A stretch of DNA of 29,469 bases, taken from IMG/VR virus record IMGVR_UViG_3300005939_000029, positions 1 through 29,469 of that record. The stretch is one strand, 5' to 3'. The notes beneath the pieces were generated by a model. It was not told where the DNA came from and searched no databases. It was given only the letters and a program-made list of their open reading frames with translations. Positions 16,306 through 24,867 of this stretch are shown here, piece after piece; within the stretch, counting starts at the first letter, position 1; the number at the start of each line of letters is the position of its first letter. The position numbers were made by a program, and so were the translations under genes. This DNA comes from a virus.

Positions 16306-16809
16306 ATGGAGTGGAACCCCGGACCCAAATACCGGGCTTACCTGTCCGCTATTCAGGAGGTCCTACAGAACGGAGAGAAACGAACGGTGAGGGACGTTTA
16401 CTACGCGTTAGAGGCGCGTGGGTTCCCGGTCCGCGCCCGGTGGTATGAGTCCGAGGAGGAAATGGAGAACGACGGGGCGGGAACCCTGTCCAGTCTCGCG
16501 TTCGAGAGGTTAGCCGTGAACCCGGAGGACATAGCGGAGTTCGACCTCCCGGAGAACCCCACGCCCTCGTCCTCGGATAAGGACCGAAAGATCCGGGAGT
16601 CCTTTATGGAACACGTCTCCGGCGGTCGAGACGTGAACGTAGAACTAAACGCGCTGAAAGAGTTTCAGCGGGACTACTTAGAGGACCTGATAGAGGACGG
16701 GATCTCGAACCACGTAGACGAGGATCTGAAAGGGGAGGTAGCCCGTCGCGTCGAGGAGGCGAAACGGGACCTCTCCGAGGCGGTCCAGATAGACCGGGAC
16801 GCGCTGTAG
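16306..16809 (+). CDS. internally deleted Topo VI-A/Spo11-like (Toprim family) remnant
   Basis: N-terminal 'TVRDVYYALEARG' and C-terminal 'FERLAVNPEDIAEFDLPENP...SDKD...VELNAL' match the ends of such proteins, but no EK or DxDxxG core lies between them. Confidence 0.5.
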   Translation: MEWNPGPKYRAYLSAIQEVLQNGEKRTVRDVYYALEARGFPVRARWYESEEEMENDGAGTLSSLAFERLAVNPEDIAEFDLPENPTPSSSDKDRKIRESFMEHVSGGRDVNVELNALKEFQRDYLEDLIEDGISNHVDEDLKGEVARRVEEAKRDLSEAVQIDRDAL

Positions 16810-16819
16810 CCGGTTCCGG

Positions 16820-16841
16820 TTAGCGTCCAGTATCTTTTAGC
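16820..16841 (+). promoter_or_regulatory. viral promoter motif
   Basis: TTAGCGTCCAGTATCTTTTAGC, about 26 bp before ATG 16866. Confidence 0.55.
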
Positions 16842-16865
16842 CCCTCGTAGGGTAAGCCTACGAGT

Positions 16866-17165
16866 ATGAGTTCCGAGGAACCAATAGAACGCAAAGCGGA
16901 CCCGGAGGCGTCCCTCACGGAGGAGGACACGTCCGGGACCGGAGATCTCCTAACGAGTAGCCCGTCCCTCCCGACGTGGGGGACCGTCGCCCGCGTCTCC
17001 CTCGTCGTCCTCCTGTTCGGGGGACTCCTCTCGACCGTCGTAGGCGCGTCCCTGTGGACGCTGGACGCGTGGGGCGTGGAGGCTACTCTCGCGGTCGTAG
17101 GCGTGGGCGCGGTCGTCGTCGCGTTCGTTCTCGCACAGGTCTACGCCCGGAAAGGGTGGATCTGA
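16866..17165 (+). CDS. small membrane protein (2 TM)
   Basis: 99 aa with two hydrophobic stretches in the C-terminal half. Confidence 0.65.
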   Translation: MSSEEPIERKADPEASLTEEDTSGTGDLLTSSPSLPTWGTVARVSLVVLLFGGLLSTVVGASLWTLDAWGVEATLAVVGVGAVVVAFVLAQVYARKGWI

Positions 17166-17503
17166 TGGAACCCGGGACGGACGACCCGCGGGAGACGCTG
17201 GACGACCTCGTTCCGGAGGACGTTCTCTCTCACGTCGCGGGGGCGCTATCGGACTTTCCCTCCCTGTCTCTCCCCTACGAGGCGGTCGTCTACGAGGGCG
17301 GGGAGATAGACCGGGACGAACTCGGAAAGACGGTAGCCGCCCGGATTAAGTCCGAGAGTATCTACGGATCCGCCTACGTCGAGAGGGACGTAGAGGGCGA
17401 CGAGGACGACCCGGACAGTATCACTATCCGAGTTCTCGACCCGTCCGAGGTCGTCGTAGACGACGAGGGGAACGTTCAGGAGGTCGGTCGTGGGGAACAG
17501 TAA
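17165..17503 (+). CDS. hypothetical acidic protein (ATG 17165; the track extends it upstream to 16976)
   Basis: TGATG coupling to the previous stop; acidic composition begins at MEPGTDD. Confidence 0.65.
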   Translation: MEPGTDDPRETLDDLVPEDVLSHVAGALSDFPSLSLPYEAVVYEGGEIDRDELGKTVAARIKSESIYGSAYVERDVEGDEDDPDSITIRVLDPSEVVVDDEGNVQEVGRGEQ

Positions 17504-17900
17504 GGGCGACGCGGGCGAACGTGAACTCCGGGACATACTCCTCTCGGAGGCGTTCGCAGTTATCCGGGCGGCGGGATCCGGGTCCGCCCCGGGCGTCGAA
17601 CTCCCGGATCTCCACGTCGGGAACGGGGCGACGGAGTGGGCGATAGAGGCGAAACGACACAGCCCGGATAAGAACCGCTACCTCTCACCGGAGGAGGTCG
17701 AGGCGCTACTCTCCTACTCGACGTTCTTTCAGAACGCGAAACCGCGGGTAGCCGCCCGGTGGGACTACGACACTACGTGGTATCTCGCGGACCCGCGGGA
17801 TCTCCCGGAGACGCCCACGGGGAAACGGCGTCTCGACCCGGACGCCCGGGAGGAGGACCCGTGGACGACGCTGGACGACCTCCTCGAACGCGTCGCGTAG
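17490..17900 (+). CDS. hjc: archaeal Holliday junction resolvase (Hjc family)
   Basis: 'KGDAGERELRDIL...FAVIRAAGSGS...PDLHVGNG...AIEAK' is the Hjc signature. An AGGAGGT Shine-Dalgarno site precedes the GTG. Confidence 0.9.
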   Translation: MGNSKGDAGERELRDILLSEAFAVIRAAGSGSAPGVELPDLHVGNGATEWAIEAKRHSPDKNRYLSPEEVEALLSYSTFFQNAKPRVAARWDYDTTWYLADPRDLPETPTGKRRLDPDAREEDPWTTLDDLLERVA

Positions 17901-17936
17901 GATATACTTTTACTCGAACCGTTCGCGTGGTAGCGT

Positions 17937-18071
17937 ATGTCACGGACAGGCTACGGTCCGAGTGTCCAGCCCCCTCTCCGGAAACGACGCGACGGGTCCG
18001 AGGTCGTCGTAGAACTCCTCGACTACGAGGGCGGGTGGTATCCAGTAAAGCGGTTCGAGGAGTCGGACTAA
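17937..18071 (+). CDS. small hypothetical protein (44 aa, not in the ORF track)
   Basis: MSRTGYGPSVQPPLRKRRDGSEVVVELLDYEGGWYPVKRFEESD. A TATA-like TACTTTTA lies about 25 bp upstream and codon usage is genome-typical. Confidence 0.5.
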   Translation: MSRTGYGPSVQPPLRKRRDGSEVVVELLDYEGGWYPVKRFEESD

Positions 18072-18083
18072 CCCGCGCAACTC

Positions 18084-18100
18084 TCCCGGTATCTTTAAGA
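18084..18100 (+). promoter_or_regulatory. viral promoter motif
   Basis: CCCGGTATCTTTAAGA upstream of the operon that includes PCNA. Confidence 0.6.
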
Positions 18101-18184
18101 CCCTCCTATCCAAATGAATAGACGCCTTACCCGTAGCCCTCCCCGAACGTGCGACAGGCTACGAGTAACGGAGGATTACGCGCT

Positions 18185-19459
18185 ATGCCAAACGACGACG
18201 AAACAGAAACAGTCCGGAACGAGGAACGGGGCTGTGGCTTTCTCAAACACGGGAAAGCCTACGTCCGTTCCCCGCCCCGGTCCGCGGACGGGGTTCTCCC
18301 CTCGTTCGTGGAGTTCGACCCCGTGGTTCCCTACTTAGAGAGGTCTAAGTTCAGGGGCTACGAGTATTTCCCCGGAACGGAGTTCGAGTTATCCGTTACC
18401 GACTGGACGAACCTCCCGGAGGATAAAGAGACGTGGATCCGCCCACAGCCCGACGACGGGATAGACGAGGCGGCGTTTAACCCTATCAGCCCGGAGTTCG
18501 AGGACGGACCGGAGACGGAGTTCTCGACCGTTCCCCGTGGAGAGGTATGGAGACATATAGCCCGAACCGTCGGGTCCGCCTCTCCCTACGAACACGCGGG
18601 ACAGATCCCACAGTTTCAGTCCCGGGACCTGTTTATGTTCGTCGGAAAGTCCTACTACGAGACGCCGGAGGAGTTCATAGAGGAGGTCCACGAACAGGGA
18701 CTCTCTAAGGCTATCCCGGTGAGTGAATCACAGGAACCGCCCCGGATAGACCCCGGGAACACGCGTCTCTACCTCGTCCACCCGCGGGCGGTCTACTACG
18801 AGGAGACGGACACCTACAAGTCCGGGATAATCGGCTACGTCTACCTCCACAGAACGATTTACACGGAGGACGAGAAAGGGCGGTTCCCCGCGTGGGCGGA
18901 GAAACACGCCTCCGGTCGAGAGGATATGGACCTCGTTCGTATCGGGGACCAGATCTACGACGAAGGGACCCGGGCGACGACCATAAACGGAGTGTGTTCC
19001 GACGACGAGAGTCCCCGGAGTGAAACTGAAAGTGAACCCGTCTCCGTTCAGGCGTCCGATAAACCCGGGCGCGACGTGGAGGAGGTCCCGTCCGACGGAC
19101 TGGACGAGGACGCTATCCTCGACGGGCTGGACGAGGCGGAGGACGAGATCCGGGAGTTCGCGGAGGAGACGGAGAGGGTGGGCGAGTTCTACGTAGAGGT
19201 AAAGAACGACCTCTCCGAGTTCGGGATCTCCGGGTGGGACGAGTTCCGCGACGCGGTGGAGTTCGTGGACCTCCCGCCTGTCGAGGAGTTCCCGGACGAA
19301 CCTATGCGTCTACAGGCGGCGTCTACGGAACTCGAACTCCGCGACTCCGAGTATAACGACCTCCGCCGGAGGGCGTCGAGTAACGACCTGAACCCCGGAC
19401 GGAACCCGTCCGCGGACGACCTCGTTCGGGTTCTCCTGAAAGATATGGGGCTACTATGA
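18185..19459 (+). CDS. hypothetical viral protein (N-terminal ERGCG motif, acidic linker, small helical C-terminus)
   Basis: ATG 18185 has a GGAGG upstream (the track uses GTG 18149); 424 aa. Confidence 0.75.
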   Translation: MPNDDETETVRNEERGCGFLKHGKAYVRSPPRSADGVLPSFVEFDPVVPYLERSKFRGYEYFPGTEFELSVTDWTNLPEDKETWIRPQPDDGIDEAAFNPISPEFEDGPETEFSTVPRGEVWRHIARTVGSASPYEHAGQIPQFQSRDLFMFVGKSYYETPEEFIEEVHEQGLSKAIPVSESQEPPRIDPGNTRLYLVHPRAVYYEETDTYKSGIIGYVYLHRTIYTEDEKGRFPAWAEKHASGREDMDLVRIGDQIYDEGTRATTINGVCSDDESPRSETESEPVSVQASDKPGRDVEEVPSDGLDEDAILDGLDEAEDEIREFAEETERVGEFYVEVKNDLSEFGISGWDEFRDAVEFVDLPPVEEFPDEPMRLQAASTELELRDSEYNDLRRRASSNDLNPGRNPSADDLVRVLLKDMGLL

Positions 19460-19671
19460 GAGGGTGGGGGACGGTCCAGCGGGTCCTCCGCGAACTCTAC
19501 GACGAGGAGAACGGAGTCCCACGGGAGGAGATAGTTCGAGAGGCGGTCCGGGAGGGCGTCCCCCGCGACGACGCGGAGGACGCTGTGGACGAACTCAAAC
19601 GACGCGGTGAGATCTACAACTCGGACCCGAAAAACAACCTACTGAAACCGACACCTACGCGTAAACTATGA
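19456..19671 (+). CDS. stand-alone winged-helix protein resembling the archaeal MCM C-terminal domain
   Basis: 'LRELYDEENGVPREEIVREAVREGVPRDDAEDAVDELKRRGEIY' resembles 'GAP...V...A...G......IEKL...GE.Y'. ATGA overlaps at both ends. Confidence 0.55.
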   Translation: MRGWGTVQRVLRELYDEENGVPREEIVREAVREGVPRDDAEDAVDELKRRGEIYNSDPKNNLLKPTPTRKL

Positions 19672-20873
19672 GTCAGACACAGAAAGCGAAAGCGGACGAG
19701 GCGGAACAGGCGGACGAACAGAACGAGGCGGCTATCCACGTCGAGACGGGCGGAGATCTGTGGAGGTCTACGACGGACCTCCTCTCCGTCCTCGTAGACG
19801 AGTGTAAGGTCCGGTTCGACGCGGACGACGACGAGGACCCGGAGGTTCACGTCCGGGCTGTGAACCCCGCGAACGTGGGTATGGTCGAGGTCCGGATCCC
19901 GGCGGACGCGTTCGACGCCTACGAGGTCGAGGAGGCTACCGTCCTCGGACTCCCGCTGGACGAACTCACGACCATTACGGACTACGCCCGAAAAGGCGGG
20001 AACGGGGATAACCCGGGAGATCCCGTGATAGTCGAACAGGTCGGGAAACGGATCTACGTCCGCGTGGAACCGGAGGATAAGTGGAACCGGACGGGTTCCT
20101 TTTTCGAGATAGACCCGGACTCTATCCGACAGGAACCGGATATACCGGACCTCGACCGCCCGTGGAGGGGCGACGTGGAACCGTCGAACCTCCGCGACGC
20201 GCTGGACGGGATTAAGTCCCGGTTCGACTATGCCGCCCTCTCCGCGACGCCGGGGACTGTCGGAGACGGATCCCTCGGAAACAGGGAGGCGGCGTATTTC
20301 TCCGTCTACGCGGCGGAGACGAACGCCGCCCGGGAGATCCGCAAAGAGGACGAGTTTAGGTCCGACGAAAAACTCCTCCACGCCTCCCCGGGCGCGGACC
20401 CGGTTACGTCCGTGTTCAGTCTCGACCACCTCCGGGATATGCTACAGGGAGTCGTAAAGGCGGGGTTCGGGCGGGCGACGCTGGACCTCGGACAGGAGTT
20501 CCCGGTTACTATCTCGTTCTCCGGGAGTCGGTTCGGGATCTCCGGACAGTATATGTTAGCCCCTCGTATTAAGTCCGGAGAGTACGAGGACTCTACAGCG
20601 GACCTCTCGCGGACGTGGGGCGATAGGTTCGACGGGACGGACGAGGACACGGAGAACGACGCGGACGACGAGGAGGACGCTGTGGGCGACGAGACGGACG
20701 CCTCTACGGACGAGGACGAGGCGGAGGTCCCGGACTGTTCCGCCGGGGGCTGTGAGAACGACGCCTCCGAGGACGCGCTGGACGACGGCTACCCGCTGTG
20801 TGAGGACCACGACACTACGGACGCCCGCGAACTCTACGACTCCCGCGACGCGGACGAGGAGGAGGAGAACTAA
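19668..20873 (+). CDS. pcn: DNA sliding clamp PCNA with acidic C-terminal extension and Cys3His motif
   Basis: 'LVDECKV', 'AVNPANVGMV', 'IDPDSIRQEPDIPDLD', 'FSLDHLRDM', 'LGQEFPV' and 'YMLAPRI' are haloarchaeal PCNA hallmarks. Confidence 0.95.
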   Translation: MSQTQKAKADEAEQADEQNEAAIHVETGGDLWRSTTDLLSVLVDECKVRFDADDDEDPEVHVRAVNPANVGMVEVRIPADAFDAYEVEEATVLGLPLDELTTITDYARKGGNGDNPGDPVIVEQVGKRIYVRVEPEDKWNRTGSFFEIDPDSIRQEPDIPDLDRPWRGDVEPSNLRDALDGIKSRFDYAALSATPGTVGDGSLGNREAAYFSVYAAETNAAREIRKEDEFRSDEKLLHASPGADPVTSVFSLDHLRDMLQGVVKAGFGRATLDLGQEFPVTISFSGSRFGISGQYMLAPRIKSGEYEDSTADLSRTWGDRFDGTDEDTENDADDEEDAVGDETDASTDEDEAEVPDCSAGGCENDASEDALDDGYPLCEDHDTTDARELYDSRDADEEEEN

Positions 20874-21310
20874 TGGACGCAGACACGGCTAAACGGTTCA
20901 CCTCTCGCCTGAAACAACTCGACCTTTCCGAGGAGGCGGAGTCCGAGGTCTACGACCTCGTTCGAGATCTCCGACGAACGGCGAAACCGTCCGCCCTAAT
21001 CGGCGTCTCGACGGAGGAGGGCGGTATGGGAGGGAACGCCCGTATCACTCTCGGAGAGGATCCCACGGAGATCTCCGTCCCGGTCCCGGACGAACTCCGG
21101 AACTCCGACGACGACAAAGACTACGAGGCTATGTCCCTCTACCTGTCCCTGAACCGCGTCGAGGAGGGCGACGGGGCGGGACGCTGGACCGCGGTGGACA
21201 CGGTGAAAGACCCCGACTCCCGGGCGGAGTCGCCTAAGAAACTCGTCCTCGAACAGAACACGGAGACGGGGGAGTATCGCTACCGGAACCTCCCGGAGGT
21301 CGAGAAATGA
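20873..21310 (+). CDS. hypothetical protein
   Basis: 145-aa acidic ORF, TAATG-coupled to PCNA. Confidence 0.7.
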   Translation: MDADTAKRFTSRLKQLDLSEEAESEVYDLVRDLRRTAKPSALIGVSTEEGGMGGNARITLGEDPTEISVPVPDELRNSDDDKDYEAMSLYLSLNRVEEGDGAGRWTAVDTVKDPDSRAESPKKLVLEQNTETGEYRYRNLPEVEK

Positions 21311-21552
21311 GTTCCGAGAGTCGAACCTCCCCGTCCTCTATCCGTCGAGAGGCGGAGAAAGACGACGTAGTGGAGGCTATCCGGACCTCGGAGTTCTCGG
21401 ACGCCGGGAGTCGTGAGGTAGCCCGTCGTCTCGACCTGTCCCACGGACGCGTTCGGAAACTCGTTCAGGACCTCCGGGAGGAGGGACGGATCCGCGTTAC
21501 CCGGACGGTCGGACCCGCGAAACTCTACCGCGTCGCGGAGGAGGAGGTCTAA
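21307..21552 (+). CDS. winged-HTH DNA-binding protein
   Basis: 'SREVARRLDLSHGRVRKLVQDLREEGRIRVTRTVGPAKLY'. Confidence 0.75.
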   Translation: MSSESRTSPSSIRREAEKDDVVEAIRTSEFSDAGSREVARRLDLSHGRVRKLVQDLREEGRIRVTRTVGPAKLYRVAEEEV

Positions 21553-21644
21553 TGGAGGACCACGAACCCGGGGCGGGCTACGTTCTCGGAGTCGCGGTCT
21601 ACGCGCTGATAGCGGTAGCCCACGCCTACGAACAGTCCAACTAA
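21552..21644 (+). CDS. 30-aa hydrophobic peptide (not in the ORF track)
   Basis: MEDHEPGAGYVLGVAVYALIAVAHAYEQSN; TAATG coupling with GGAGG upstream. Confidence 0.5.
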   Translation: MEDHEPGAGYVLGVAVYALIAVAHAYEQSN

Positions 21645-21650
21645 CGCGGA

Positions 21651-21673
21651 GTAGTCTCCGGTAACTTTTTAAC
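21651..21673 (+). promoter_or_regulatory. viral promoter motif
   Basis: GTAGTCTCCGGTAACTTTTTAAC, about 29 bp before ATG 21702. Confidence 0.7.
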
Positions 21674-21701
21674 GGTCCTCTCCGTCGGGTAGTGTGTCGC
21701 T

Positions 21702-22511
21702 ATGACAGACACGGACGAACTCGGAGACTTTGAGGACTACGGGGACGCCCCCGACTCCTCGACGGACTCCGGAAACGACGGAGTGGAACAGGACGCGGAG
21801 GACCGCGGGCGGGAGATCTACGACGAAATGGTAGAACAGATCCCCGTAGACGAACTCGGAGACACGGATCCGGCGGAGGTAGCGAACGCCGCGGCTAAGA
21901 TCCTCGAACTCGAACGCGGCGGTCCGGAACAGAACCCGGTCGGGATAGATCCCCGCGTGGGCGAAAAGGACGTAGCCTACGACCGGGCGAAACCCGGGGC
22001 GAAACTCTACGTCGTCCAGATCCTCGCGGAGACGGTCGAGGACTACTACGAGGAGTTCCCGGACGCCCCCGAGCTGGACGAGTATGCCGGGAACGTCGTC
22101 TCCGGTTTCGACCCGGAGGGCGCTGTGTTCGCCTGTGTCTACCTGAAAGACTCCCTCACGTCCGTAGACACGAACCTCACCGCCTACCCTATGCCGGAGT
22201 CGCGTCTCACGCGCTACCCGACGGAACAGGCGTCTATGGTCGGGTCGTCCAGCGTGGAGTTCGAGAGGACGCGTCTCCCCGGTGAGACTCACCGCCTCGA
22301 CGCGGCGGAACCCGCGGAGATCCCCGACGACGCGGAACGCGACGAGGACGGAGAGGCGGTCCTCCCCGACGACGCCGGGAGTAGCCCGGGCGCGGGGGAA
22401 ATGGACCTCTCGACCGCCCTCTCTTGTATCGCTACCCACGGACATACCGAACGGGCGGAGGAGATCCGAGAGGTCGAGGGGCTGGACTCCGAGGAGGTCT
22501 ACGGACTATGA
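21702..22511 (+). CDS. hypothetical acidic protein
   Basis: 269 aa with its own promoter and genome-typical codon usage. Confidence 0.75.
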   Translation: MTDTDELGDFEDYGDAPDSSTDSGNDGVEQDAEDRGREIYDEMVEQIPVDELGDTDPAEVANAAAKILELERGGPEQNPVGIDPRVGEKDVAYDRAKPGAKLYVVQILAETVEDYYEEFPDAPELDEYAGNVVSGFDPEGAVFACVYLKDSLTSVDTNLTAYPMPESRLTRYPTEQASMVGSSSVEFERTRLPGETHRLDAAEPAEIPDDAERDEDGEAVLPDDAGSSPGAGEMDLSTALSCIATHGHTERAEEIREVEGLDSEEVYGL

Positions 22512-22696
22512 ACGACCTCGAACGCCTGTCCGTGGACGACCTCACGGAGGACGAGATAGAGGCGGTTCTGAACACGCGGGGCTTTCGGAAAATGTTAGCC
22601 TATCAGCGTCTCGCGGAGGGTATTCAGGTTCTCGCGGACGAGGACTTAGAGGATCTATACGTCGAGGAGGACGAGACGGGGGGCGCTAATGCCTAA
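22508..22696 (+). CDS. hypothetical protein (62 aa; ATG 22508)
   Basis: ATGA overlap with the previous stop; acidic MNDLERLSVDD... Confidence 0.6.
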   Translation: MNDLERLSVDDLTEDEIEAVLNTRGFRKMLAYQRLAEGIQVLADEDLEDLYVEEDETGGANA

Positions 22697-22865
22697 CTGT
22701 GAGGAGTGTGGGTCCCGGATCTCTCCCGACGGAGAACACTTCACCCACTACGAACCCACGAACCAACACTCCGCGACGGTCCACCCGCTATGTAGCCCGG
22801 GCTGTATGCGGGACTACCTCGACGGACTGGACGACGAGACGGACGAGGAGGAGGAGGACGCGTGA
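22689..22865 (+). CDS. small Zn-finger protein (CxxC...CxxxC, TRASH/MYM-like; 58 aa, not in the ORF track)
   Basis: MPNCEECGSRIS...HPLCSPGCMRDYLDG...; fills the gap and overlaps both neighbours. Confidence 0.65.
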   Translation: MPNCEECGSRISPDGEHFTHYEPTNQHSATVHPLCSPGCMRDYLDGLDDETDEEEEDA

Positions 22866-23644
22866 ACGGGGGAGTTATCGGCGTCCCCGTGGACACGGCT
22901 ACCCACGTCGAGATAGAGGGCGTCGAGGACTGGACCGGATCCTCTCACGGGGAACACGGGACGGAACTCGACGCCGCCCTCTCCGTGAAAGAGGTCCGGA
23001 CCCTCTCCGGAGACACGGACTACTACGTGGGAGAGGCGTTCAAACAGCGGGAGGAGGAGGTCGAGGACTACTACGAGGAGGACGGAACTATCCGGAACCG
23101 GACGACCTACCGGGCGGTTACGGACTACTCGGAGTTTATCGTAGTCCCCGGATCCGACTCTCACCGCGGCTACGTCCTCGTCTCCTCGTCCAGCGGGGAG
23201 TTCGTGTTCTCCCTCGTCGGGCGACAGAATAACGTAACTATGGACCGGGCGACTCTCCGCCTCGGAGACTGGATAGAGGCGCGGGAGGACGAGTTCGACG
23301 CGACGACCGGGGGCGGTTCGACCGGATCCCCGGACGCCTCGAAACTCACCGCGTGGGGGAACGACGTTCTGGACGACCCGGACGTAGGGAAACTCCTCTC
23401 CGGGGCTGTTCGGTCGAACGTCCTCAATCAGGTAGCGGGGCGCTACGTATGGGACGGGATCCCCCTCTACCTCACGTTAGCAAAGTCGGGCTACGCGGAG
23501 GTATGGAACCCGTCGGATATGGACACCTCGGAGTTCTTAGGGTGGATCTCCGCGGAGGTCGTTCCCGTCGCGGACGCCCCGACGGAGGACGAGGAGACGG
23601 AACAGGACACTCTCGGAGACGAGGGCGCGGAGGGGTCCGCGTGA
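22862..23644 (+). CDS. hypothetical protein
   Basis: 260-aa acidic ORF; GTG start in a GTGA overlap. Confidence 0.75.
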   Translation: MNGGVIGVPVDTATHVEIEGVEDWTGSSHGEHGTELDAALSVKEVRTLSGDTDYYVGEAFKQREEEVEDYYEEDGTIRNRTTYRAVTDYSEFIVVPGSDSHRGYVLVSSSSGEFVFSLVGRQNNVTMDRATLRLGDWIEAREDEFDATTGGGSTGSPDASKLTAWGNDVLDDPDVGKLLSGAVRSNVLNQVAGRYVWDGIPLYLTLAKSGYAEVWNPSDMDTSEFLGWISAEVVPVADAPTEDEETEQDTLGDEGAEGSA

Positions 23645-23976
23645 GGGAGAAAGTCGAGGTCCACGTTACGACCTCCGCGGAGTTAGAGGGGGACCTCCGG
23701 GATCTCCTCCTACAGATCCTCGTAGAGGACGGAGTGGATCCCGTCTCCGAACTCGCGGCCCGGGCGGACGTGGAACTCTCCGAGGCGTCTATGGAACCCG
23801 GGGAGATCTACGCGACTCTCGCGGTCCTCCCGGAGGACATAGAGGACGTGGAGGGCGTCGAGGAGTTCGTAGTCGAGGACGAGGACGACAGTCTCGAACG
23901 GAAAGCGGCTAAGACCTCGGACCTGTCCGTGGACGACTCCGTGGACGACTCCGAGGACGACGACTCCGACGACTGA
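23641..23976 (+). CDS. very acidic hypothetical protein (GTG 23641)
   Basis: GTGA overlap; the coding signature begins at VREKVEV. Confidence 0.65.
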   Translation: MREKVEVHVTTSAELEGDLRDLLLQILVEDGVDPVSELAARADVELSEASMEPGEIYATLAVLPEDIEDVEGVEEFVVEDEDDSLERKAAKTSDLSVDDSVDDSEDDDSDD

Positions 23977-24030
23977 AACCCCGGCTATTCCTTTCGGGCT
24001 GTTCTACGTTAGTGCCCCGGTATCTTTATA
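23977..24030 (+). repeat. intergenic terminator/promoter cassette, copy 1
   Basis: AAACCCCGGCTATTCCTTTCG...GTTAG..CCGGTATCTTTAT, similar to 25308-25363. Confidence 0.65.
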
Positions 24031-24054
24031 TGCCCCGGAGTGTTAGAGGTAGGT

Positions 24055-24780
24055 ATGGGACGACAGACCCGCGGACTCACGAACGACGAAACGCGACTCC
24101 TCAAACAGAACGACGACGCCGCCCGCCAGCTGGACGCCTCCGACGTGGAGGAGGGCGACGTTCTCGAACTCACGTTCTGGGACGGGCGTCGCGCCCGCTA
24201 CGAGGTCGAGGGGGAGTGGACGGACGAGGACACCCTCACGTTCGAGGACTACGACGACCCCGCGAACGAGGCGGAGGGTAAGTTCCCCGGACTGAAAGCG
24301 TCGAGAGTGTGGACCGTGGACTCCGGACTCTACTCCGAGATCCCCCGCTACCGGGCTACCCTCGTTCTGGACGCGGACTCCGCGACGGGCGCGTTAGTGG
24401 ATAATTGGAAAGACGACGAGGACGCGGGCTACGTCGTCCACTCCCTCCGAAAGGCGGAGGTCGTGGGCATCGAGGAACGGTGGACCGTCGAGGGCGATAT
24501 GTCCAGCCCGACCGCCCGACACGTCGCCCGGGTCGTCCGAGAGGCGATAGAGGAGGATCCCCTCGTCGGGACGACCGCGGCGGAGTCGTGGACTCTCAAA
24601 GACGAGGACCACAGCGGGACGGGCGTTCTCGGTAACGACCTCGGACCCGTCGTTTCCGTCGCGGAGGCGCTGGACCTCCACGTTCGGGAGGCGTTCGAGG
24701 AGTATCTATTCGAGAACCTGAACGAGGGCGTGAGTTTCGAGTGTGAACGAAACGGCGTATGGTCGTTCTACCGTAACTGA
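24055..24780 (+). CDS. hypothetical protein (ATG 24055)
   Basis: ATG lies 25 bp after the TATA-like box; acidic, 241 aa. Confidence 0.7.
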   Translation: MGRQTRGLTNDETRLLKQNDDAARQLDASDVEEGDVLELTFWDGRRARYEVEGEWTDEDTLTFEDYDDPANEAEGKFPGLKASRVWTVDSGLYSEIPRYRATLVLDADSATGALVDNWKDDEDAGYVVHSLRKAEVVGIEERWTVEGDMSSPTARHVARVVREAIEEDPLVGTTAAESWTLKDEDHSGTGVLGNDLGPVVSVAEALDLHVREAFEEYLFENLNEGVSFECERNGVWSFYRN

Positions 24781-24867
24781 ACGCGCCCTCTACCCGCCCG
24801 TAACCTCGTCGCGGACGGTCCGCGGCGGGGCGGGACGAGTAGGAGGATCCCGACCAAACACCCGACT

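Noticed and set aside
18114-18338. 74-aa ORF starting right after the 18084 promoter
   Set aside because: The ATG is only about 15 bp from the TATA box (upstream of the expected TSS), the product is basic, and it overlaps the real gene in another frame.
19614-20429. 271-aa minus-strand ORF
   Set aside because: Antisense shadow of the PCNA gene.
21669-22445. 258-aa minus-strand ORF
   Set aside because: Antisense shadow of 21702-22511.
23926-23973. GACGACTCC repeats
   Set aside because: Low-complexity acidic C-terminal tail (DDSVDDSEDDDSDD).
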